Shown here: positions 9,613 through 21,406 of the stretch, in pieces
Layout of the letters: the number at the start of each line of letters is the position of its first letter
Position numbering within the stretch: position 1 is the stretch's first letter
Origin: Psilocybe cubensis
Lineage: Eukaryota
Length of the DNA stretch: 64,000 bases
NCBI GenBank assembly: GCA_017499595.2
Contig: CM038999.1
Location: 3,038,001-3,102,000 of the forward strand
Direction of reading: 5' to 3'
Notes under the pieces: model-generated
The model's database searches: none
What the model was told of the DNA's origin: nothing
What the model saw: the letters and a program-made list of their open reading frames with translations, nothing else
Made by a program: the position numbers and the translations under genes

Positions 9613-11904
9613 AAGCCCCTGAGCTTGCTTGCTTTATTTACAGTTTCCATGTTGGTTCAAATATTGGGGTTGTTTGGGTTCAAATCAATGGATTTGGGAG
9701 TCCAAATTTGGGATTCGAGGTTTTTCTTTTTTGTGAAGAGGGGTGTTACAGGGCAAATGTCAAAATTGCAAAAAAAGAAAAAAGAAAAAAAGAAATGGGA
9801 TTGTCATTGACAGGCTGAAGAAAGAGGAGAACAAAGGAAATTGAAAACGAGAAAGAAAAGAATGAGTGCGTAGGCGATGAATCTGTAAGATCGGCAGGAC
9901 AAGGACAATGACAATGACGAGGCTATGATCATGAAAAGATGTGAGCGTGGGTGGACGCGTACCAGGACTGGCAGGACGCACTGCATATGCCGTAACAAAT
10001 TCGACCCAGAAACGAAGATATCGCGATTTACCTTTTCTGCGTTCCTCTAGACTCTTTGCTTGTTTGGTTGGTTGTGCCAAATCGCTTTTCGTGATTGGAC
10101 CGCCACGAATCGGTATCCCAGCACAGTGACACCCTCGATCTAGGACCTATGTTCTGTCAGCTTCTTGAATCTTTACAGATTCCGTCCTTGTTCACAAAAA
10201 AATGTGTAATGTGTCAAAGGCTTCGCGAATCTCGACCTACTTTTCAAATCTTTCACTGGACTGGCCTTTCAAATAACCTTTCGATCTATCGTAATTATAA
10301 GCAGCCTCCATGCCGAGTAGCGCCTTTTTACAATGACGACTAAGGACCGCATGCCTATTCCCGCCACCCCCACATCTACCCCTAAAACGTAGAATGCGGT
10401 CACTTCGCTCCCTGCTTTCTGGCCTCGTGCTTCATCTCGTTTATCTGCGATCTGCGATCTGCGGTATACATGCAGTACGAGAAGGCGATACCGGGAAACT
10501 CGAATTCTTCAAGTCAGAAACGAATCACGTCGATTTTGGCTCTCTCCTCTTTTCCACTTTTCCACTTTTCACTTTTCACTTCTTGCTTTTTGCTTTTGTC
10601 TCGCAGAAGATCTACTTACGGCCGGTCGGTCGCGCCAATCCAATTTGCTATCTATTCGCGATTGGACAGTCCCAAATCCGTATTCACTGTTCAGAGCGGT
10701 GATTATTTTGATTGGGTCCCAGGGTGCTTCTTTTTAGATTTCGTCGACCGCCCGTTCTCAATGCTGTACCATGTCCGAAATTTTTTTTAAAAAACACCAT
10801 ACTATTACAACCACGTACCCGCATCTAACCCCGACCTTTTCCCATTTCCTATACTGTCGCCCCGTTTTCTACCCTCTGCCTTTATCTCCCTCATTTCTGG
10901 TATATGTGTTGTCCTCGCTGTCCTATCTGTTCTGTTTCTGTGCTTAGTGTAGTGTAGTGTATCTGGTCGCGCCCGTCTCGTTGCTCTCATCTGATTCGAT
11001 TGATCTGTTGATTTTGATTTTTTTTTTAGTTAGCTTGGTTTCTTGACCTACAGTACACATCTACCCCTTTTTATCCTGCAGTGCTTAGACGTAATATCTT
11101 ATCCTTTGCTTCCCGCGCCTTAGGGCCCTCATTAGTATGATCACACCGCCGCCGATTACACCTGTCTGTTTTTACCCTCCACCTCTAACACGTTGTGTAT
11201 CATAGATCAATCGAATTTTGCATCTTGTCAACGAAATTATGGCTATATTCGTATTTTCCAGGAAAGAGAATATTGCAAGTGAGAACTCGTAAATTTTATG
11301 TACATGATTCGAATTGCTACGACAGCGACAATGATAGTTTAAAACGACAGTACAAGACTAAAAAAATGCTAATTAAGATACCAAGAAACTAGGAGAGTAA
11401 TAACCAACAAGGCAGCATGGACCGTTGTGAAGTGATAAAAACGGAACAACAGATGATTCAGAATGTGCATATATGACAACGACAGCTATGAGAAAAATCT
11501 AACAAACCGACGATCGATGGTCTTAGTAAGTGGCAGTATACCGCGTAGACCGCCGTGCAGGAGATGAACGGTGATAATTATATCAAAATGAAGGGTCTTT
11601 TTTATTATAGCTCGGCACCGGGTTGAATTTTTTTCACTTCGAACAATGAACAGTGTGTGCGAGGGATGTGGGTTGGGTTCCAGTAGATGACCAAGGGATA
11701 TATACAACAAGGGCCAGGGCGCTTATTTTTCAAGAAAATTTGGCATGTTCGAGGGGGCTGTGGGAAAGGGCCTCGAAGTTGGCTTTTCTGTGGCTTGAAT
11801 GGGGCATGAGACCGATGGGTGGATATGATACAGGCGGAATTTTGCGAACAGGTGAATGTTCGCGTCTTTGTTGCGATTTGACGCGGTGGATTTTTTTAGC
11901 AGAA

Positions 11905-12482
11905 TTACTGGTTTCGAATAACTTGGCGGATCCACCTCTCGAGAACCATAACAGGGAAGAGCCGACGGAATGCTGCGGCTAGAGCTCGAAGTTTCGCCTA
12001 CAGGTACAGGAAATATCGTCCGTCAACACTACGAATTATGAGAAAAGTTGATCTCTCCACTTTACCTTGATAAATCCATCTCCTCCATGGGCCGCGTTGG
12101 CGTTTGGATTCGGGTGTGGGTTTACCACGGGCGCCTGTTGGTTTTGAGCCTGTAGTATCTGGCCTTGCACCGGGCCAGCTTCTCCTCTTCCTGCGTGAGA
12201 TTCATCTGAAGCATCGTCGCGATCTTGTACCTTGAGAACCACAGTCAGCTTGAATGTTCAATTGTTTATATTAATTTGAGAAAATCCCGCAGCAGTGGGG
12301 TAAAATAGGAAACGCAGCAAAAAATGCCACTCACCTCCTCATTCTCCTCTGGCTGAGCCTGAGCATGTACTGGACGTACGCCAGGAAGATGGAGCCCTTC
12401 CACCGCATCGCGGTGAGTTGGCACGAAAGGGTGCCCAAGCTCGAGGACTTGGCGGATAGATGCCAAGGGGCTGCAGGCCATG
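11905..12482 (-). CDS. Small hypothetical protein (probably 3 exons)
   Basis: MACSPLASIRQVLELG..EENEE, intron GTGAGT, VQDRDDASDESHAG..GDGFIK, intron GTAAAG..TAG, AKLRALAAAFRRLFPVMVLERWIRQVIRNQ*. Splice signals are plausible. No family was recognised. Confidence 0.45.
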
Positions 12483-15400
12483 GAATCGTTAATGAAGAGG
12501 ATAGAATTTAAAGTCAAAAGAAAGGACAGGCGGCCGCGTCGACCTGCAGCAAAACAAAATTGTTGAAGTGATAAAAGAAAAATGGGGTGAGGGATATTAA
12601 ATCGAGGAACAAAATCGATCAGATGAACACAATGAAAAGCGGCTAGTTCTGAAAAGTTAGATTGACGAATGCCGCTCTCCTAGTATTCACACACACACAC
12701 GGGTTTTGCAACAAACCAAAATCATCCTCATGACAATGGTCAATGACGATACATGCCAATTCCCGTTATTTGCCATTCTTTCGAACTCTGCAAAAACTAC
12801 ATAGTTTGGAATCAACGGAGACACGCGTCAGCACACAAAATTAGCACCAAAAAATGATTGGGACCGGCACTGCCAACTAACATGCATACTCGAAGTGTCA
12901 CGGACTTCCCTTTCCCTTCCCCAAATTTGACCATCTACGCAGAGGCGGACCTTGTTACTCGACTTGCCCGTATTGTTACCCTCAGCAAGGTATAAAGATG
13001 GTTCGACGGCTTCCAAAACTCAACACCCAGATGAACATCTAGAAAGGATTTGACGCTCAATGGCATTTGGAATACCAACAACAATGTACCCACTTGTCAT
13101 GCATGAGTGAGTCGCATTGATCCAGTATGTGTTGTTGTCGGAGACAGATCTTGCGGGAGGTAGAATCACTCTTTCGCTAGGCCGAATTCGACGTTCGATA
13201 TACCAGCAAACAGCTACCAAGGACCTCCGACCAACCGACCTCGCCTGGTTGGATCAATTTTGTATTACGACTTGAAGACATTCCATATACCGTGAGTATC
13301 TGTCCGCCTATCGAAACAAAGGACTATTGCCGGCAAAGCCTGTTCTCGACGTATTCATAACACCTTGTCCTGGAGCGTTGATGGCTACGAAGTCCGTCCC
13401 AAAAATACATTTTACCGAACCCGACATCCTTCTAAAACAAGAACTTATGGTCGCAGCCAACCAATTCTTCTCATGTCGGGAAGATTGACAGCAGCATTGG
13501 TTAAATGTACTCCACCAAAAGAACCATGACCCACAGGTGTTGCAAAGGGACAGACTTCGAGGAAGGATATACGTCGACAAAATTTTCAATAAGTGCTCCA
13601 GTGAAGCGAGAAGGGCGTGGCCAAAATGTCAGCAATCGATTGCTCTGGTTGATAGACCGCAAATTATCGAAAGATTTCAAGGCTGGTCCAAGCATTCCGA
13701 GAGCTGCCCGGGAGTGTCACTCCCAGAATTGATCCCCATGGCTAGAACTCTTAACATGGACATCTCCCGACTTGTGATCAAAATTCGAATTTGGACAAAA
13801 CAAACATAGAATGTTGTTCCACGGGAATATTAGGATCGTACCCCCATCACGACTAGGAATCGGTGGGCGTATTCGAACATGCCCATGATTGACGTTAGCG
13901 GTGCATTGATTTACGCAGTGGAATAGCCTGTGTCCATTCCGTCTCGAAGTCGTGGAAATGTATAACTGGAAGTGGGCGACCTTCCTAAACACCCACTCAG
14001 CAAGAGTCTCTCTCCAGGCGTTTCTACCACCTTCTCTTTCTGGATCTGCACCATGAAGATCAATCTTACTTGTCAACCTGTGTCTGTAATCCTCAAACGC
14101 GACTTCCCATCCTCTACAGCCTTGACAGTCATTCAAAGCCAACATTGGTCTCCTGGGAGACGAAGATGCTTCGAATATCGTGATTTATTCGTAATTTATT
14201 GTTAGCTGGAGGTCTGAGATAGATTTGCTGGTTAATGTGAGAAGAGGTATTCCGCATCGATGTTTTGTTGTTGGCTCCGTATTAATCATGCTGTTCTTAG
14301 TCAATAAGACAACTGCAAGGCTGCCCAGACAGGACAGGCCTGAGTTGCAATCCAGGACGGTCGCGACTGCCGAGTACCAGAAAACGCATGGTAGGAACAA
14401 TCCTGATTCAGCCCTGTCACCCTCCATTTAATCCTAGAAGCCTACTCTTTTCGTGGATGGCTACTGCTATGGTCTTCCTCCAAGTGTGATATTGATACGT
14501 CACATGATTGATGTCACGTCCAATTAAAATGGATCAGAGGAGTCATTCTTCGTTTTTCTCTTCGAATGTGTGATCTGGCGATATTAATTGCATTAACAGG
14601 CCCTGTTCGTAATCCTGTAAGGCGTGCTTCAAGATCAGCAAGTCCCTCAAAATACAAGACAACAAGAATAAATTCTGGCAAAAGCATAATGGCCCTCCAA
14701 TCCAGAAAGCAAAGTCAAGCGCGGGAGAAAATGAGAAGGAAGTGCCAACCACCCAGCCAGTGGATGCCAGAAACACGCCAGAACAGAGAATATAATCCTA
14801 GCAAAATCTGGACAAGAAGAAACCACAACGATTTGGTTAAAGAGCAAAGGACTTACTATTGACAGGATGTCATCTTGCGTTGAGCTGAACTCTCGACGCC
14901 CACAACACCACAATCTCATATTGCATGTGTGGAGGTGAGGAGTTGCACGAAAACACCAAGGACTCCAGGGCCTGTTCTATGGTTCACGTTGGAGGATGTC
15001 CCAAAACGCCATGTTCAATAACTGCAGACAGGTAAAAAGACTTTGCCCATTATTGCGGGCATATCCATGCGTCTGTATGATGATCCAGTTCCTGCATAAA
15101 AGGCCATGTATTTTGTCCGAATCCATTTCTGTGGGCGATGTGGGCTGTTATGCGACGTTCTAGAACAGATCGCGGAAAAACAATGTCCTGTGGCGGCACA
15201 CAATATCCAACACCAAGGACGACCGAGATCTGTCGAAAAAGCGGTTGCTGGCCGTTGACTGGCTATGGCTTGTGTTCGGGTGCAACTTGCGGATGATGAT
15301 AGAAAGAAACACGCCGTCATATTCCTAGTCTCCTAATCTCATCCTACACCTCTACTCACAGCGTCAAACGCCTCGAGCAGCTTTGCTACCAGTGTGCCAT

Positions 15401-17343
15401 TTACTGCGTTGAGTCGCCCAAAGACATAGATCACCGGTGGAGTAATGACCTGGAAGGTAGGGGGTGCCGCCAAACACATATTCATCGCGCTCATTATTTT
15501 GCGTCCACAGCATGGTGTCAAAGCTGGTATTGACGTCAATCGTCTTTCTGGTAAGGTTTGAGCATTGACGGACAGTGAAATCGGTTGATGAGGCTCATTG
15601 TCTCATCTTGTGGCACCGCGCTCGAATTCGACACACCGATTTGAAACCAAACTTGACTTGCATTGTGAACGATATCGCAATATCTGGTCTGTGCGAGACA
15701 ATAAAAAGTATATGCTCCAATGGAACAAAAATGACTGAAATGCGATGTTGAAAGATTGAAAGAAAAAGTAGCGGAAGAAGACCCATCACGGGGGCACAAT
15801 CCAGGCCGGCGTCTCGCCGGTTCGCCCAGCCGTACCACTTCCACTACATGAATGCCACTGCCGCGGTTTAACCTTCAATAATACGTTTTCAATACTTCAA
15901 GCCGCTGCCTTTTTCAAGTAAACCAGCATAAAATAAATCCTCCACATGCTAATTCAAAGAATTTCCGGTGCGAAGTATTCAAGTTGGTAATTTACGCTCG
16001 AGTGAGTCAAACCATCAATATTTGCATTTTTGTTGACTTTGCAGGCATTATAGGCATTAGCAAACGTAGGGTATAGATAAAAACGCGCGAACCATTTGAT
16101 CAACCAAAATCGACTACCGATCCTTAAAAGAACTGAAATTTTTTGTTCTGCTGTGTACTTATTGGCGAACCTAGTTTACCGACTGGTACTCAAAAGTTAA
16201 GGTGGTAGGTTTCAATCAAGTAGTTCCATGACACACGACTTAATTTCTGCACTATCGAATTGCATTTAGGATCCTTCGAATGCTTGATACTCACATGATG
16301 TTTTCGAACATAAAGCCCCTTCGGACACGCAAGTACGCAAGTTGTAGATTTTACGAATTACAAATAGTTAATTGGCATGTTTCATTTCTTGACGTCCAGT
16401 GACTGACGATCTCTTCGTTAGTCTCCATCATCCTATGGGCTGCTTCCTGTCGTTCTCCCTGTCCGCTTGTCAAATTATACTCTAACTTATTTCATTCGGT
16501 TTGTTTTCTGGCTTGAAGCCAAGTCTTGACCAAGGGTTCTTTTGCGCTAGATCTTCATTCACTATTCTTCTTGCCGGAACTCTTATGAGATCAAAGTACT
16601 GGGCCCAGAAATGGCTCATCAATTTAACGTCTAGTTTGATTTTATCATTTATCGCAACGTCAATACCCGCCCATTGGCCATCAGTTCGCCCCATGGCAAT
16701 TCATTTGATGCTATTCCCAAGAGCTCCTACCCGGAATTATCAACAAGTGCCAGCGATAATTCTGGATGGCCAAAGTAACCAACATGCAGACGAAAACTTG
16801 ACTATCTGGATGACCGAGTTAATTACTGCTCCATAAATCTGCCTGTATGTTTTTCTCATTGGACATCGACGTCTGTTTTATGCTGATGTCTATGCGTGCG
16901 TTTGAGTTTATCTCCTCTGTCACTCACATAATATCTCCTTTTCAGATCTTTACGGAGTTGATGAACACATTTTGAAGACAGAAGATCTGACAAGTGCAGG
17001 AAAAATGTTATTCAAAGCGTTTCAAACAGGTTCTATTACATCCTGAATCCTCGTGTTGCTATGTCCGGTGCAATGTGATATCTACTCTGTTGTTCAAATC
17101 AAAGAAGGATGACGCGTGTTCTACAATTCATCAAACATGGTCCTATTGCGCTTCCAGTTCCGGTGGTTCCGTGATATCATTGGTCTTCGGCTGCGGTCGC
17201 CCGGTGTGCTACGAGATCAAACATTCATTCGAAGGTAAATGTATATGCCATGCCCGCGTTTACTATGACGGTCTTATTGAAGCTTCTTTTCTGTCCTGAT
17301 CTCATTACCGCATCTGGTACTTCGAACTCGGGACTGCAGTGGT

Positions 17344-17349
17344 TATAAA
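17344..17349 (+). promoter_or_regulatory. Candidate TATA box of the kinase gene
   Basis: TATAAA about 80 bp upstream of ATG 17430. Confidence 0.45.
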
Positions 17350-17429
17350 TGCTTCTTGAAGCTTGTTTACGAGTCTCTTCTACTGTTGGATACTGAACTT
17401 ATTTTGAACAATTAGTGACTCATATTTCC

Positions 17430-18836
17430 ATGTCTGACCCTCTCCTTCCCCCGGGTCTTCCTCTGCCTCCATCAATCCAAGGATCTGGAATACGTGCTGA
17501 AGTGCTAGGCTTTCCAAGCCTGTCTAAGCATATTGAAGATCATCTTCCTGGAAATGAAGTACTTGATGAAGGTATGCTATCGTTTCTTTAATTAAATAAC
17601 TGGTTACATTTTGATTCAATAGACCGCTCTGTACGCATCTATACCATACTCAAAGTTCTTCATCAGAGCCCATGGTCCTCTCTGTACATGTGTAATTGGC
17701 ATAGTCCATTGCGTCCCAAGGAGGGATCGCCACCTCTAATCGAAATTTTCCGGTTTGGAGAAAACTCTCGGCTCATAGCACTCAAATGCATTGACTGTCC
17801 GACATTGTCTTCCTCAAATATTCCCCAAATCAAAGAACTTGACGTCAGCACTATCTTTCTGTAGTTTTAGTGCATCCCTGATGGACCATGTCTGTTTGCT
17901 AGGCTCTCCGGAAACTTTCACCTCACAGGAATATTGTCAGCCTCTACGATTACTTTTTCTCTTTAGATCAACGAAAATTATATCTTGCCACCGGTGCAAT
18001 GGAAGGAAATCTTTATCAATTTATAAAGGCTCGCAAAGGAAGAGCATTAGCAGGTGGTCTCGTGTCTTCCATCCTTTTTCAAACGCTCCTTGGATTAAAT
18101 CACATCCATTCGAACGGTTATTTCCATCGCGACTTGATACCGGAAAATATTCTTATCACAACCCAGGGTCTGTTTAACTACCTTTCCATACTGACCAATA
18201 CCACCACAGCTCCTGATGCAGTTGAAGAAAAAGACGTTGTTGTCATTGTCAAAATCAGTGACTTCGGTCTAGCTCGAGAGCTCGGAAGCGAAGGACCCTA
18301 TACCGAATATGTTACCGTTCGTTGGTATCGCTCACCCGAAGTTTTGCTTCTAAGCCGGAACTACACCAGTGCTATCGACATGTGGGCCTTTGGGGCCATC
18401 GCAGCGGAGGTTTTGAACCTCTCTCCCTTGTTTCCTGGAAATAGCATAATCGACCAATGTATGAAAATATGCGAAGTTCTTGGCAGTCCTTCTGACGAAG
18501 CGCGATTGGATGAGAACGGTGACCGGCTGGATGGGGGAGCATGGCCCGAAGGCATTCGATTGGCTCAAATCGTTGGTTATCAGTTCCCGGCTGTGAGTGA
18601 GAAATCAACTTGTTAAGTTTTATTCTTAGACCTTCTTTTCGTCTCTCTAGATCGTTCCAAGACCTTTCTCTTCATTCTTTGAACCAACGGTCCCAGCCTC
18701 TCTTCTCAGCTGCATAAAAAATCTCCTGGAATATGATCCCGGAAAACGTCTGACAAGCCAGGCTTGCCTCTCCCACATATACTTCATTGAAACCTCCAGT
18801 CATCGTGAAGTCCCGGCGGACTTGCAGAGACATTGA
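17430..18836 (+). CDS. Divergent CMGC/RCK (Ime2/MAK-like) protein kinase, kinase domain only
   Basis: Four exons splice in frame. Motifs: LIALK, KELD/ALRKLSPHRNIV, MEGNLYQFIKARKGR, HRDLIPEN, DFGLARE, PYTEYVTVRWYRSPE, DMWAFG, YDPGKRLT. Stop TGA at 18834-18836. Confidence 0.85.
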
Positions 18837-19955
18837 ATGCGACTTTTTTCATTATTTAGTTATATTAATAGGTATCTTCGTCGTTTAGCTGTTCAGTCCA
18901 TAATTGACTACATTTGATATCGGTAAAAATGTGATAATCGGGTCTGTTGATGTCTAAATCCACCTTTAAATCTAGGAAACTTAACTAAAGGATGTTTCAA
19001 GTACAACAAAGATGGGCCAACCTCACGGTATCCTTCCGCAATGCGAAGCACACTAGTATGATCTGATTGCTATGGTATGCCAGTTGTGGCGAAATCCTGA
19101 TTCAATGAAGTTCTGAGTTACCGTGGATAGCACATCACTACAGCACTACAAACACCTATTCCTATTGACCAAAATTATTAGCACTATGCTTTCATTGCCA
19201 GTCTTCAGGAGTTGAAGGAGTTGAAGAGTTATTCTGTGTTATTATTAACTGTCAAATTAATCCATTCTATCTGTAAATTTCGCACAAATGATTCTAATCA
19301 ATCTTTGACTATGCGGGTTTGTTAAAGGCAATTTTATCACCTAACCTAGTCTCTCCTAGACAGGCAACGATACGTACGGCTTCTTTAACGACGACGACGA
19401 CGTCATATAATAAAAGAAAGGGCTTAAGAAATGGCTGGATACCCAGTTATTGTTCTGGGATAATTTGGGTCTCGCTGTTGCTTCCTTTACTGCAACATTT
19501 CATAGAACCCATCGCCATGAACAAACAGGCCAGGCCTCCCAATAACTGAATATTCTGTCCGGGAGGTCGCTACTGAACAAGACCTTAAGAGAGAATGACA
19601 AAGACTTTGAAAAAAAATGTCAATCCAAAGGAGCATAATAGTGTGTGTGAGTGGGCAGGCATCGGTTCGATACCGATTCGAAGGATATTTTTGATAAATG
19701 AAATCTAAACATCATTTTTTAGTGCCACTGTGTCGAGTAAAGTATCGTGTTTCTTTTGTAGACATGCAGAATCGCCAGGAGAACATCATCTGAAAAACAT
19801 AACCGTGTCTTCATTCTGCAGAGGAATAGTCCCAAGTCGTGTATTGGCGGCATGGATATCGTGAATTGTAGATCGATTGGGCACAAATTGGGACGAAAAT
19901 ATTCATTCATCGGGTCAAATAACCGTTGTATGATCTAAAGACAGAATTCCAGACT

Positions 19956-21283
19956 CTATGCCCCAGGGCGGCGAACCTGAGTATACTTTGATTGATCAGT
20001 CATGATAGAAAACATAGGAAGGGACTCGTGTCACCAGCTGGTATCTAACACCACAGAATTGCATGAATCTATTAAGGTTGTGATCTCTAGATGTGGTGGG
20101 CTCCGGCAATTCGTATTCATTCATCAGAGCCTTGGTTGTATCTCCTGAACGTGCAATATATTATTAAGAAATCACATCTTTTAGCTCATACCATGACGTA
20201 TTTAACATACCGTCGAGCTGGAAAAGTTCTTTGAGATCCTTCGGGTATTGTGCACTGACAGTCCCGTCCGCCTTCAGCATAGTAGCAAGAAGGTCATCCG
20301 TTTTATTGTGACGCAAATTCCCGTTTGTGCGGCGGCTCTCGCTGCAGTAAAATATTACGACGACTCTTTGAAAACTCCAAAAATACCAAGGAACTACTCA
20401 CGAATTATGCAAGCGAAGATTCAATTCTTCGAGTTCCTTCTTACTCATTGCAACCTCGTCTTGAAGCTCCTGAGGAATATGCGCCTTGAGACACTCCGCG
20501 ACTTGCTCTCTAACCAATTCGTCTATCTGATTTGTGATCTCTTGCTCCACTATTAAAATGTCAATTTGGAAATTGCGGGGCTCCAAGCAAAATCAAAAAA
20601 ACCCTTTTCTCGCATGGTTTCTTGGACTTGACGGTCCAGAATCTCGTCCAGAATGTCTGAAATAAAATACGAATGATCAGGAAATACCGCTTATCAAGAA
20701 AAGGAATCTATGCACTCTGAATTTCGATGAGACCTTCCTTATGCTTTAGGTCTTGTCCACGAATTTGTTCGCGAAGTCTGCTCTTTTTATAAGCAAGGCA
20801 TTCACAGAGATTTACTGTACACAGACTCTGATATCTCTTGCTTGGTTCCAGGCTCCCCCAAGAGCGCTATTTGCATAGTCTGGTTCTGTAAAGCATCTAT
20901 AGCAGCCTGAAAGGATCTTGGCGTCATGTTCCCAAGCAGTGAGCTTTAGCTAAAAATACCCACCGTTAGGTTTCCTAAAGGCTCTTTAATCTGGTTGATA
21001 TAGACGCTCGATTTCTCAACACCGACATCATTGTTGATGGAAATGGGGCTAAGAGACGAGGTAACTGTGTTCTCTGCGGTACTTGAAGTAGGATGTTCCA
21101 TGACGGGGACGTTGTATCCAGGGAGGACGGTTGAGCCTTAATAAATGAGCAAAAGGATGATGTCACCCTGCCCCAAAAACATGCGGTGTCCAACTCTCGT
21201 CCATGATGCCGTGCATGAGGCATACTCGTGACCGCCTCCGAGGACAAGGTGTTCCCAAACTGTTCCGTGGGTAGATCGTTCAT
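19956..21283 (-). CDS. Hypothetical coiled-coil protein (multi-exon; 5' end uncertain)
   Basis: Exons read FQAAIDALQNQTMQ, LREQIRGQDLKHKEGLIEIQ, VEQEITNQIDELVREQV..LNLRLHNS, ESRRTNGNLR, YPKDLKELFQLD and DHNLNRFMQFCGVRYQL, with canonical introns between them. Confidence 0.65.
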
Positions 21284-21406
21284 TTGATGAGGTGTATCTA
21301 ATATGCTACTAAATGTAAATAAATATCGAGGTGATGTAAGTTCGCTACAAGTGTGGAGTGGAGGGCAATATCTATTTATTATGAATTACACGTACGTGCC
21401 TGAGCG

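Noticed and set aside
10899-11050. Intron-like GTATAT..TTTTAG segment and (TAGTG)3 repeat on the plus strand
   Set aside because: No associated ORF and only one weak junction, which is not enough to call a transcript.
12990-14450. Coding-like fragments possibly from a decayed F-box-type gene
   Set aside because: Stops occur in all frames and I could not identify any diagnostic motif. A translated search is needed.
14550-17300. Scattered 60-110 aa ORFs, including a weak RING-like 'KGHVFC' fragment
   Set aside because: No consistent frame, splice structure or family motif.
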